From positions 47,740,001 to 47,804,000 of the forward strand of contig OZ024744.1 in the NCBI GenBank assembly GCA_964016885.1: a stretch of DNA of 64,000 nt, read 5' to 3'. Each line of letters opens with the position of its first letter. Position 1 is the stretch's first letter. Made by a program: the position numbers and the translations under genes. The DNA is from Eledone cirrhosa (taxonomy: Eukaryota). Below the pieces are notes generated by a model that was not told the origin of the DNA, ran no database searches, and worked only from the letters and a program-made list of their open reading frames with translations. This document shows positions 32,801-47,700 of the stretch, in pieces.

Positions 32801-35385
32801 ATTAGACTATCAAGACCAGAACACCAACCACATCACATTAGACTATCAAGACCAGAACACCAACCACATCACATTAGACCATCAAGACCAGAACACCAAC
32901 CACATCACATTAGACTATCAAGACCAGAACACCAACCACATCACATTAGACTATCAAGACCAGAACACCAACCACATTAGACTATCAAGTCCAGAACACC
33001 AACCACATTAGACTATCAAGACCAGAACACCAACCACATTAGACTATCAAGACCAGAACACCAACCACATCACATAAGACTATCAAGACCAGAACATAAA
33101 CCACATCACATTAGACTATCAAGACCAGAACACCAACCACATCACATTAGACTATCAAGACCAGAACACCAACCACATCACATTAGACTATCAAGACCAG
33201 AACACTAACCACATTAGACTATCAAGACCAGAACACCAACCACATTAGACTATCAAGACCAGAACACCAACCACATTAGACTATCAAGACCAGAACACCA
33301 ACCACATTAGACTATCAAGACCAGAACTCCAACCACATTAGACTATCAAGACCAGAACACCAACCACATCACATTAGACTATCAAGACCAGAACACCAAC
33401 CACATTAGACTATCAAGACCAGAACACCAACAATATCATTTTAGACTATCAAGACCAGAACACCAACCACATTAGACTATCAAGACCAGAACACCAACAA
33501 CATTAGACTATCAAGACCAGAACACCAACCACATCACATTAGACTATCAAGACCAGAACACCAACCACGTTAGACTATCAAGACCAGAACACCAACCACA
33601 TCACATTTGACTATCAAGACCAGAACACCAACCACATCACATTAGACTATCAAGACCAGAACACAAACCACATCACATTAGACTATCAAGACCAGAACAC
33701 CAACCACATTACATTAGACTATCAAGACCAGAACACCAACCACATTAGACTATCAAGACCAGAACTCCAACCACATTAGACTATCAAGAGAAGAACACCA
33801 ACCACATCACATTAGACTATCAAGACCAGAACACCAACCACATTAGACTATCAAGACCAGAACTCCAACCACATTAGACTATCAAGACCAGAACACCAAC
33901 AACATTAGACTATCAACACCAGAACACCAACCACATTAGACTATCAAGACCAGAACTCCAACCACATTAGACTATCAAGACCAGAACACCAACCACATTA
34001 GACTATCAAGACCAGAACACCAACCACATCACATTTGACTATCAAGACCAGAACACCAACCACATCACATTAGACTATCAAGACCAGAAAACCAACCACA
34101 TCACATTAGACTATCAAGACCAGAACACCAACCACATCACATTAGACTATCAAGACCAGAACACCAACCACATTAGACTATCAAGACCAGAACACCAACC
34201 ACATCACATTAGACTATCAAGACCAGAACACCAACCACATTATACTATCAAGACCAGAACACCAACCACATTAGACTATCAAGACCAGAACACCAACCAC
34301 ATCACATTAGACTATCAAGACCAGAACACCAACCACATTAGACTATCAAGACCAGAACACCAACCACATTAGACTATCAAGACCAGAACACCAACCACAT
34401 TAGACTATCAAGACCAGAACACCAACCACATCACATTAGACTATCAAGACCAGAACACCAACCACATTAGACTATCAAGACCAGAAGACCAACCACATTA
34501 GACTATCAAGACCAGAACACCAACCACATTAGACTATCAAGACCAGAACACCAACCACATCACATTAGACTATCAAGACCAGAACACCAACCACATTAGA
34601 CTATCAAGACCAGAACACCAACCACATCAGATAAGACTATCCTGACCAGAACACCAACCACATCACATTAGATTATCAAGACCAGAACACCAACCACATC
34701 ACATTAGACTGTCAAGACCAGAACACCAACCACATTAGACTATCATGACCAGAACACCAACCACATTAGACTATCAAGACCATAACACCAACCACATCAC
34801 ATCAGACTATCAAGAGCAGAACACCAACCACATTAGACTATCAAGACCAGAACACCAACCACATTAGACTATCAAGACCAGAACACCAACCACATTAGAC
34901 TATCAAGACCAGAACACCAACCACATTAGACTATCAAGACCAGAACACCAACCACATTAGACTATCAAGACCAGAACACCAACCACATTAGACTATCAAG
35001 ACCAGAACACCAACCACATTAGACTATCAAGACCAGAACACCAACCACATCACATAAGACTATCAAGACCAGAACATAAACCACATCACATTAGACTATC
35101 AAGACCAGAACACCAACCACATCACATTAGACTATCAAGACCAGAACACCAACCACATCACATTAGACTATCAAGACCTGAACACCAACCACATCACATT
35201 AGACTATCAAGACCAGAACACCAACAACATCACATTAGACTATCAAGACCAGAACACCAACCACATTAGACTATCAAGAACAGAACACCAACAACATTAG
35301 ACTATCAAGACCATAACACCAACCACATTAGACTATCAAGAACAGAACACCAACCACATTAGACTATCAAGACCAGAACACCAAC
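17841..35385. repeat. Higher-order repeat copy A2 (near-identical to A1 up to ~35.1 kb)
   Basis: Offset to A1 is 17,840, then 17,804 after loss of one 36-bp unit near 26.0 kb (CACCT 10116/27920; CAAGAGAAGA 15981/33785). It becomes 17,835 after one extra 31-bp unit near 34.0 kb (ACTATCCTGA 16801/34636). Colinearity with A1 ends near 35,115. Confidence 0.92.
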
Positions 35386-36222
35386 CACAATAGGCTATCA
35401 AGACCAGAACACCAACCACATTAGACTATCAATAACAGAACACCAACCACATTAGACTATCAAGACAAGAACACCAACCACATTAGACTATCAAAACCAG
35501 AACACCAACCACATCACATTAGACTATCAAGACCAGAACACCAACCACATTAGACTATCAAGACCAGAACACCAACCACATCACATTAGAATATCCAGAC
35601 CAGAACACCAACCATATCACATTAGACTATCAAGACCTGAACACCAACAACATCACATTAGACTATCAAGACCAGAACACCAACAACATCACATTAGACT
35701 ATCAAGACCAGAACACCAACCACATTAGACTATCAAGAACATAACACCAACAACATTAGACTATCAAGAACATAACACCAACCACATTAGACTATCAAGA
35801 ACAGAACACCAACCACATTAGACTATCAAGAACAGAATACCAACCACATTAGACTATCAAGACCAGAACACCAACAACATCACATTAGCCTATCAAGAAC
35901 AGAACACCAACCACATTAGACTATCAAGACCAGAACACCAACCACATTAGACTATCAAGACCAGAACACCAACCACATCACATTAGACTATCAAGACCAG
36001 AACACCAACCACATTAGACTATCAAGACCAGAACACCAACCACATCACATTAGAATATCAAGACCAGAACACCAATCACATCACATTAGACTATCAAGAC
36101 CTGAACACCAACCACATCACATTAGACTATCAACACCAGAACACCAACAACATCACATTAGACTATCAAGACCAGAACACCAACCACATTAGACTATCAA
36201 GAACATAACACAAGCAACATTA

Positions 36223-39200
36223 GACTATCAAGACCATAACACCAACCACATTAGACTATCAAGAACAGAACACCAACCACATTAGACTATCAAGACCAGA
36301 ACACCAACAACAATAGACTATCAAGACCAGAACACCAACCACATTAGACTATCAAGAACAGAACACCAACCATATTAGACTATCAAGACCAGAACACCAA
36401 CCACATTAGACTATCAAGAACAGAACACCAACCACATTAGACTATCAAGAACAGAACACCAACCACATTAGACTATCAAGACCAGAACAACAACCACATT
36501 AGACTATCAAGACCAGAACACCAACCACATCACATTAGACTATCAAGACCAGAACACCAACCACATCACATTAGACTATCAAGACCTGAACACCAACCTC
36601 ATCACATTAGACTATCAAGACCAGAACACCAACAACATCACATTAGACTATCAAGACCAGAACACCAACCACATTAGACTATCAAGAACAGAACACCAAC
36701 AACATTAGACTATCAAGACCATAACACCAACCACATTAGACTATCAAGAACAGAACACCAACCACATTAGACTATCAAGACAAGAACACCAACAACAATA
36801 GACTATCAAGACCAGAACACCAACCACATTAGACTATCAAGAACAGAACACCAACCACATTAGACTATCAAGACCAGACCACCAACCACATTAGACTATC
36901 AAGAACAGAATACCAACCACTTTAGACTATCAAGAACAGAACACCAACCACATTAGACTATCAAGACCAGAACACCAACCACATCACATTAGCCTATCAA
37001 GAACAGAACACCAACCACATTAGACTATCAAGACCAGAACACCAACCACATTAGACTATCAAAACCAGAACACCAACCACATCACATTAGACTATCAAGA
37101 CCAGAACACCACCCACATTAGACTATCAAGACCAGAACACCAACCACATCACATTAGAATATCAAGACCAGAACACCAACCATATCACATTAGACTATCA
37201 AGACCTGAACACCAACCACATCACATTAGACTATCAAGAACAGAACACCAACAACATTAGACTATCAAGACCATAACACCCACCACATTAGACTATCAAG
37301 AACAGAACACCAACCACATTAGACTATCAAGACCAGAACACCAACCACATTAGACTATCAAGAACAGAACACCAACCACACTAGACTATCAAGAACAGAA
37401 CACCAACCACATTAGTCTATCAAGACCAGAACACCAACCACATCACATTAGCCTATCAAGAACAGAACACCAACCACATTAGACTATCAAGACCAGAACA
37501 CCAACCACATTAGACTATCAAGACCAGAACACCAACCACATCAGATTAGACTATCCTGACCAGAACACCAACCACATTAGACTATCAAGAACAGAACTCC
37601 AACCACATTACACTATCAAGACCAGAACACCAACCACATCACATTAGACTATCAAGACCAGAACACCAACCACATCACATTAGACTATCAAGACCAGAAC
37701 ACCAACCACATTAGACTATCATGACCAGAACACCAACCACATTAGACTATCAAGACCATAACACCAACCACATCACATCAGACTATCAAGAGCAGAACAC
37801 CAACCACATTAGACTATCAAGACCAGAACACCAACCACATTAGACTATCAAGACCAGAACACCAACCACATTAGACTATCAAGACCAGAACACCAACCAC
37901 ATTAGACTATCAAGACCAGAACACCAACCACATTAGACTATCAAGACCAGAACACCAACCACATTAGACTATCAAGACCAGAACACCAACCACATTAGAC
38001 TATCAAGACCATAACACCAACCACATTAGACTATCAAGAACAGAACACCAACCACATTAGACTATCAAGACCAGAACACCAACAACAATAGACTATCAAG
38101 ACCAGAACACCAACCACATTAGACTATCAAGAACAGAACACCAACCATATTAGACTATCAAGACCAGAACACCAACCACATTAGACTATCAAGAACAGAA
38201 CACCAACCACATTAGACTATCAAGAACAGAACACCAACCACATTAGACTATCAAGACCAGAACAACAACCACATTAGACTATCAAGACCAGAACACCAAC
38301 CACATCACATTAGACTATCAAGACCAGAACACCAACCACATTAGACTATCAAGACCAGAACACCAACCACATCACATTAGACTATCAAGACCAGAACACC
38401 AACCACATCACATTAGACTATCAAGACCTGAACACCAACCTCATCACATTAGACTATCAAGACCAGAACACCAACAACATCACATTAGACTATCAAGACC
38501 AGAACACCAACCACATTAGACTATCAAGAACAGAACACCAACAACATTAGACTATCAAGACCATAACACCAACCACATTAGACTATCAAGAACAGAACAC
38601 CAACCACATTAGACTATCAAGACAAGAACACCAACAACAATAGACTATCAAGACCAGAACACCAACCACATTAGACTATCAAGAACAGAACACCAACCAC
38701 ATTAGACTATCAAGACCAGACCACCAACCACATTAGACTATCAAGAACAGAATACCAACCACATTAGACTATCAAGAACAGAACACCAACCACATTAGAC
38801 TATCAAGACCAGAACACCAACCACATCACATTAGCCTATCAAGAACAGAACACCAACCACATTAGACTATCAAGACCAGAACACCAACCACATTAGACTA
38901 TCAAAACCAGAACACCAACCACATCACATTAGACTATCAAGACCAGAACACCACCCACATTAGACTATCAAGACCAGAACACCAACCACATCACATTAGA
39001 ATATCAAGACCAGAACACCAACCATATCACATTAGACTATCAAGACCTGAACACCAACCACATCACATTAGACTATCAAGAACAGAACACCAACCACATT
39101 AGACTATCAAGACCAGAACACCAACCACATTAGACTATCAAGAACAGAACACCAACCACACTAGACTATCAAGAACAGAACACCAACCACATTAGTCTAT

Positions 39201-39777
39201 CAAGACCAGAACACCAACCACATCACATTAGCCTATCAAGAACAGAACACCAACCACATTAGACTATCAAGACCAGAACACCAACCACATTAGACTATCA
39301 AGACCAGAACACCAACCACATCAGATTAGACTATCCTGACCAGAACACCAACCACATTAGACTATCAAGAACAGAACTCCAACCACATTACACTATCAAG
39401 ACCAGAACACCAACCACATCACATTAGACTATCAAGACCAGAACACCAACCACATCACATTAGACTATCAAGACCAGAACACCAACCACATTAGACTATC
39501 ATGACCAGAACACCAACCACATTAGACTATCAAGACCATAACACCAACCACATCACATCAGACTATCAAGAGCAGAACACCAACCACATTAGACTATCAA
39601 GACCAGAACACCAACCACATTAGACTATCAAGACCAGAACACCAACCACATTAGACTATCAAGACCAGAACACCAACCACATTAGACTATCAAGACCAGA
39701 ACACCAACCACATTAGACTATCAAGACCAGAACACCAACCACATTAGACTATCAAGACCAGAACACCAACCACATTA
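36223..39777. repeat. ~1.78-kb tandem duplication inside HOR B1 (36223-37997 / 37998-~39777)
   Basis: Paired markers AACAACAACC 36486/38261 (+1775), CCTC 36597/38439 (+1842), CTATCCTGAC 37551/39331 (+1780). Offsets differ by whole monomers (+67, -62). Confidence 0.88.
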
Positions 39778-41786
39778 GACTATCAAGACCAGAACACCAA
39801 CCACATCACATAAGACTATCAAGACCAGAACATAAACCACATCACATTAGACTATCAAGACCAGAACACCAACCACATCACATTAGACTATCAAGACCAG
39901 AACACCAACCACATCACATTAGACTATCAAGACCTGAACACCAACCACATCACATTAGACTATCAAGACCAGAACACCAACAACATCACATTAGACTATC
40001 AAGACCAGAACACCAACCACATTAGACTATCAAGAACAGAACACCAACAACATTAGACTATCAAGACCATAACACCAACCACATTAGACTATCAAGAACA
40101 GAACACCAACCATATTAGACTATCAAGACCAGAACACCAACAACAATAGACTATCAAGACCAGAACACCAACCACATTAGACTATCAAGAACAGAACACC
40201 AACCACATTAGACTATCAAGACAAGAACACCAACCACATTAGAGTATCAAGAACAGAACACCAACCACATTAGACTATCAAGAACAGAACACCAACCACA
40301 TTAGACTATCAAGACCAGAACACCAACCACATCACATTAGCCTATCAAGAACAGAACACCAACCACATTAGACTATCAAGACCAGAACTCCAACCACATT
40401 AGACTATCAAAACCAGAACACCAACCACATCACATTAGACTATCAAGACCAGAACACCAACCACATTAGACTATCAAGACCAGAACACCAACCACATCAC
40501 ATTAGAATATCCAGACCAGAACACCAACCATATCACATTAGACTATCAAGATCTGAACACCAACCACATCACATTAGAATATCAAGACCAGAACACCAAC
40601 AACATCACATTAGACTATCAAGACCAGAACACCAACCACATTAGACTATCAAGAACATAACACCAACAACATTAGACTATCAAGACCAGAACACCAACAA
40701 CATTAGACTATCAAGACCAGAACACCAACCACATTAGACTATCAAGAACAGAACACCAACCACATTAGACTATCAAGAACAGAACACCAACCACATTAGA
40801 CTATCAAGACCAGAACACCAACAACATCATATTAGCCTATCAAGAACAGAACACCAACCACATTAGACTATCAAGACCAGAACACCAACCACATTAGACT
40901 ATCAAGACCAGAACACCAATCACATCACATTAGACTATCAATACCAGAACACCAACCACATTAGACTATCAAGACCAGAACACCAACCACATCACATTAG
41001 AATATCAAGACCAGAACACCAACCACATCACATTAGACTATCAGGACCTGAACACCAACCACATCACATTAGACTATCAACACCAGAACACCAACAACAT
41101 CACATTAGACTATCAGGACCAGAACACCAACCACATTAGACTATCAAGAACATAACACCAGCAACATTAGACTGTCAAGACCATAACACCAACCACATTA
41201 GACTATCAAGAACAGAACACCAACCACATTAGACTATCAAGACCAGAACACCAACCACATTAGACTATCAAGAACAGAACACCAACCACATCACATAAGA
41301 CTATCAAGACCAGAACATAAACCACATCACATTAGACTATCAAGACCAGAACACCAACCACATCACATTAGACTATCAAGACCAGAATACCAACCACATC
41401 ACATTAGACTATCAAGACCAGAACACTAACCCCATTAGACTATCAAGACCAGAACACCAACCACATTAGACTATCAAGACCAGAACACCAACCACATTAA
41501 ACTATCAAGACCAGAACACCAACCACATTAGACTATCAAGACCAGAACTCCAACCACATTAGACTATCAAGACCAGAACACCAACCACATCACATTAGAC
41601 TATCAAGACCAGAACACCAACCACATTAGACTATCAAGACCAGAACACCAACAATATCATTTTAGACTATCAAGACCAGAACACCAACCACATTAGACTA
41701 TCAAGACCAGAACACCAACAACATTAGACTATCAAGACCAGAACACCAACCACATCACATTAGACTATCAAGACCAGAACACCAAC

Positions 41787-44700
41787 CACGTTAGACTATC
41801 AAGACCAGAACACCAACCACATCACATTAGCCTATCAAGAACAGAACACCAACCACATTAGACTATCAAGACCAGAACACCAACCACATTAGACTATCAA
41901 AACCAGAACACCAACCACATCACATTAGACTATCAAGACCAGAACACCAACCACATTAGACTATCAAGACCAGAACACCAACCACATCACATTAGAATAT
42001 CCAGACCAGAACACCTACCATATCACATTAGACTATCAAGACCTGAACACCAACCACATCACATTAGACTATCAAGACCAGAACACCAACAACATCACAT
42101 TAGACTATCAAGACCAGAACACCAACCACATTAGACTATCAAGAACATAACACCAACAACATTAGACTATCAAGAACATAACACCAACCACATTAGACTA
42201 TCAAGAACAGAACACCAACCACATTAGTCTATCAAGAACAGAACACCAACCACATTAGACTATCAAGACCAGAGCACCAACAACATCACATTAGCCTATC
42301 AACAACAGAACACCAACCACATTAGACTATCAACACCAGAACACCAACCACATCACATTAGAATATCAAGACCAGAACACCAACCACATCACATTAGACT
42401 ATCAAGACCTGAACACCAACCACATCACATTAGACTATCAAGACCAGAACACCAACCACATTAGACTATCAAGAACATAACACCAGCAACATTAGACTAT
42501 CAAGACCATAACACCAACCACATTAGACTATCAAGAACAGAACACCAACCACATTAGACTATCAAGACCAGAACACCAACAACAATAGACTATCAAGACC
42601 AGAACACCAACCACATTAGACTATCAAGAACAGAACACCAACCACATTAGACTATCAAGACCAGAACACCAACCACATTAGACTATCAAGAACAGAACAC
42701 CAACCACATTAGACTATCAAGAACAGAACACCAACCACATTAGACTATCAAGACCAGAACACCAACCACATTAGACTATCAAGACCAGAACACCAACCAC
42801 ATCACATTAGACTATCAAGACCAGAACACCAACCACATTAGACTATCAAGACCAGAACACCAACCACATCACATTAGACTATCAAGACCAGAACACCAAC
42901 AACATCACATTAGACTATCAAGACCAGAACACCAACCACATTAGACTATCAAGAACAGAACACCAACAACATTAGACTATCAAGACCATAACACCAACCA
43001 CATTAGACTATCAAGAACAGAACACCAACCACATTAGACTATCAAGACCAGAACACCAACAACAATAGACTATCAAGACCAGAACACCAACCACATTAGA
43101 CTATCAAGAACAGAACACCAACCACATTAGACTATCAAGACCAGAACACCAACCACATTAGACTATCAAGAACAGAAAACCAACCACATTAGACTATCAA
43201 GAACAGAACACCAACCACATTAGACTATCAAGACCAGAACACCAACCACATCACATTAGCCTATCAAGAACAGAACACCAACCACATTAGACTATCAAGA
43301 CCAGAAGACCAACCACATTAGACTATCAAAACCAGAACACCAACCACATCACATTAGACTATCAAGACCAGAACAGCACCCACATTAGACTATCAAGACC
43401 AGAACACCAACCACATCACATTAGAATATCAAGACCAGAACACCAACCATATCACATTAGACTATCAAGACCTGAACACCAACCACATCACATTAGACTA
43501 TCAAGACCAGAACACCAACAACATCACATTAGACTATCAAGACCAGAACACCAACCACATTAGACTATCAAGAACATAACACCAACAACATTAGACTATC
43601 AAGACCATAACACCAACCACATTAGACTATCAAGAACAGAATACCAACCACATTAGACTATCAAGACCAGAACACCAACAACAAAAGACTATCAAGACCC
43701 GAACACCAACCACATTAGACTATCAAGAACAGAACACCAACCACATTAGACTATCAAGAACAGAACACCAACCACATTAGACTATCAAGAACAGAACACC
43801 AACCACATTAGACTATCAAGACCAGAACACCAACCACATCACATTAGCCTATCAAGAACAGAACACCAACCACATTAGACTATCAAGACCAGAACACCAA
43901 CCACATTAGACTATCAAGACAAGAACACCAACCACTTCACATTAGACTATCAAGACCAGAACACCAACCACATTAGACTATCAAGACCAGAACACCAACC
44001 ACATCACATTAGAATATCAAGACCAGAACACCAACCACATCACATTAGACTATCAAGACCTGAACACCAACCACATCACATTAGACTATCAAGACCAGAA
44101 CACCAACAACATCACATTAGACTATCAAGACCAGAACACCAACCACATTAGACTATCAAGAACAGAACACCAACAACATTAGACTATCAGGACCATAACA
44201 CCAACCACATTAGACTATCAAGAACAGAACACCAACCACATTAGACTATCAAGACCAGAACACCAACAACATTAGACTATCAAGACCAGAACACCAACCA
44301 CATTAGACTATCAAGGACAGAACACCAACCATATTAGACTATCAAGACCAGAACACCAACCACATTAGACTATCAAGAACAGAACACCAACCACATTAGA
44401 CTATCAAGAACAGAACACCAACCACATTAGACTATCAAGACCAGAACACCAACCACATCACATTAGCCTATCAAGAACAGAACACCAACCACATTAGACT
44501 ATCAAGACCAGAACACCAACCACATTAGACTATCAAGAACAGAACACAAACCACATTAGACTATCAAGACCAGAACACCAACCACATTAGACTATCAAGA
44601 CCAGAACACCAAACACATTACACTATCAAGAACAGAACACCAACCACATTAGACTATCAAGAACAGAACACCAACCACATTAGACTATCAAGAACAGAAC

Positions 44701-47700
44701 ACCAACCACATTAGACTATCAAGAACAGAACACCAACCACATTAGACTATCAAGACCATAACACCAACCACATTAGACTATCAAGACCATAACACCAACC
44801 ACATTAGACTATCAAGACCAGAACAACAACTAGATCACATTAGACTATCAAGACCAGAACATCAACAATATCATTTTAGACTATCAAGACCAGAACACCA
44901 ACAACATAACATTAGACTATCAAGACCAGAACACCAACCACATCACATTAGACTATCAAGACCAGAACACCAACCACATCACATTAGACTATCAAGACCA
45001 GAACACCAACCACATCACATTAGACTATCAAGACGTGAACACCAACCACATTAGACTATCAAGACCAGAACACCAACCACATTAGACTATCAAGACCAGA
45101 ACACCAACCACATTAGACTATCAAGACCAGAACACCAACCACATCACATTAGACTATCAAGACCAGAACACCAACCACATTAGATTTCAAGACCAGAACA
45201 CCAACCACATTATACTATCAAGACCAGAACACCAACCACATCACATTAGAATATCAAGACCAGAACACCAACCACATTAGACTATCAAGACCAGAACACC
45301 AACCACATCACATTAGACTATCAAGAACAGAACACCAACCACATCACATTAGACTATGAAGACCAGTACACCAACCACATCACATTAGACTATCAAGACC
45401 AGAACACCAACCACATCACATTAGACTATCAAGACGTGAACACCAACCACATTAGACTATCAAGACCAGAACACCAACAACATTAGACTATCAAGACCAG
45501 AACACCAACCACATTAGACTATCAAGACCAGAACACCAACCACATCACATTAGACTATCAAGACCAGAACACCAACAACATCACATTAGACTATCAAGAC
45601 CATAACACCAACCATATTAGACTATCAAGGCCAGAACACCAACCACATCACATTAGACTATCAAGACCAGAACACCAACCACATTAGACTATCAAGACCA
45701 GAACACCAATCACATTAGACTATCAAGACCATAACACCAACCACATCACATTAGAATATCAAGACCAGAACACCAACCACATTAGACTATCAAGACCAGA
45801 ACACCAACCACATCACATTAGACTATCAAGACCAGAACACCAACCACATTAGACTATCAAGAACAGAACACCAACCACATTAGACTATCAAGAAAAGAAC
45901 ACCAACCACATTAGACTATCAAGACCAGAACACCAACCACATCACATTAGACTATCAAGACCAGAACACTAACCACATTAGACTATCAAGACCAGAACAC
46001 TAACAACATCACATAGTCTATCAAGACCAGAACACCAACAACATCACATTAGACTATAAAGACCAGAACACCAACAACATCACATTAGACTATCAAGACC
46101 AGAACACCACCCACATCACATTAGACTATCAAAACCAGAACACCAAACACATCACATAAGACTATCAAGACCAGAACACCAACCACATTAGACTACCATG
46201 ACCAGAACAACAACCACATCACATTAGACTATTAAGACCAGAACACCAACCACATCACATTAGACTATCAAGACCAGAACACCAACCACATTAGACTATC
46301 AAGACCAGAACTCCAACCACATCACATTAGACTATCAAGACCATAACACCAACCACATTAGACTATCAAGAACATAACACCAACCACATTAGACTATCAA
46401 GACCAGAACACCAACCACATTAGACTATCAAGACCAGAACACCAACCACATTAGACTATCAAGACCAGAACACCAACCACATCACATAAGACTATCAAGA
46501 CCAGAACATAAACCACATCACATTAGACTATCAAGACCAGAACACCAACCACATTAGACTATCAAGACCAGAACACCAACCACATCACATTAGACTATCA
46601 AGACCAGAACACCAACCACATCACATTAGACTATCAAGACCAGAACACCAACCACATCACATTAGACTATCAAGACCATAACACCAACCACATTAGACTA
46701 TCAAGACCATAACACCAACCACATTAGACTATCAAGACCAGAACACCAACCACATTAGACTATCAAGACCAAAACACCAACCACATTAGACTATCAAGAC
46801 CAGAACACCAACCACATCACATAAGACTATCAAGACCAGAACATAAACCACATCACATTAGACTATCAAGACCAGAACACCAACCACATCACATTAGACT
46901 ATCAAGACCAGAACACCAACCACATCACATTAGACCATCAAGACCAGAACACCAACCACATCACATTAGACTATCAAGACCAGAACACCAACCACATCAC
47001 ATTAGACTATCAAGACCAGAACACCAACCACATTAGACTATCAAGTCCAGAACACCAACCACATTAGACTATCAAGACCAGAACACCAACCACATTAGAC
47101 TATCAAGACCAGAACACCAACCACATCACATAAGACTATCAAGACCAGAACATAAACCACATCACATTAGACTATCAAGACCAGAACACCAACCACATCA
47201 CATTAGACTATCAAGACCAGAACACCAACCACATCACATTAGACTATCAAGACCAGAACACTAACCACATTAGACTATCAAGACCAGAACACCAACCACA
47301 TTAGACTATCAAGACCAGAACACCAACCACATTAGACTATCAAGACCAGAACACCAACCACATTAGACTATCAAGACCAGAACTCCAACCACATTAGACT
47401 ATCAAGACCAGAACACCAACCACATCACATTAGACTATCAAGACCAGAACACCAACCACATTAGACTATCAAGACCAGAACACCAACAATATCATTTTAG
47501 ACTATCAAGACCAGAACACCAACCACATTAGACTATCAAGACCAGAACACCAACAACATTAGACTATCAAGACCAGAACACCAACCACATCACATTAGAC
47601 TATCAAGACCAGAACACCAACCACGTTAGACTATCAAGACCAGAACACCAACCACATCACATTAGCCTATCAAGAACAGAACACCAACCACATTAGACTA

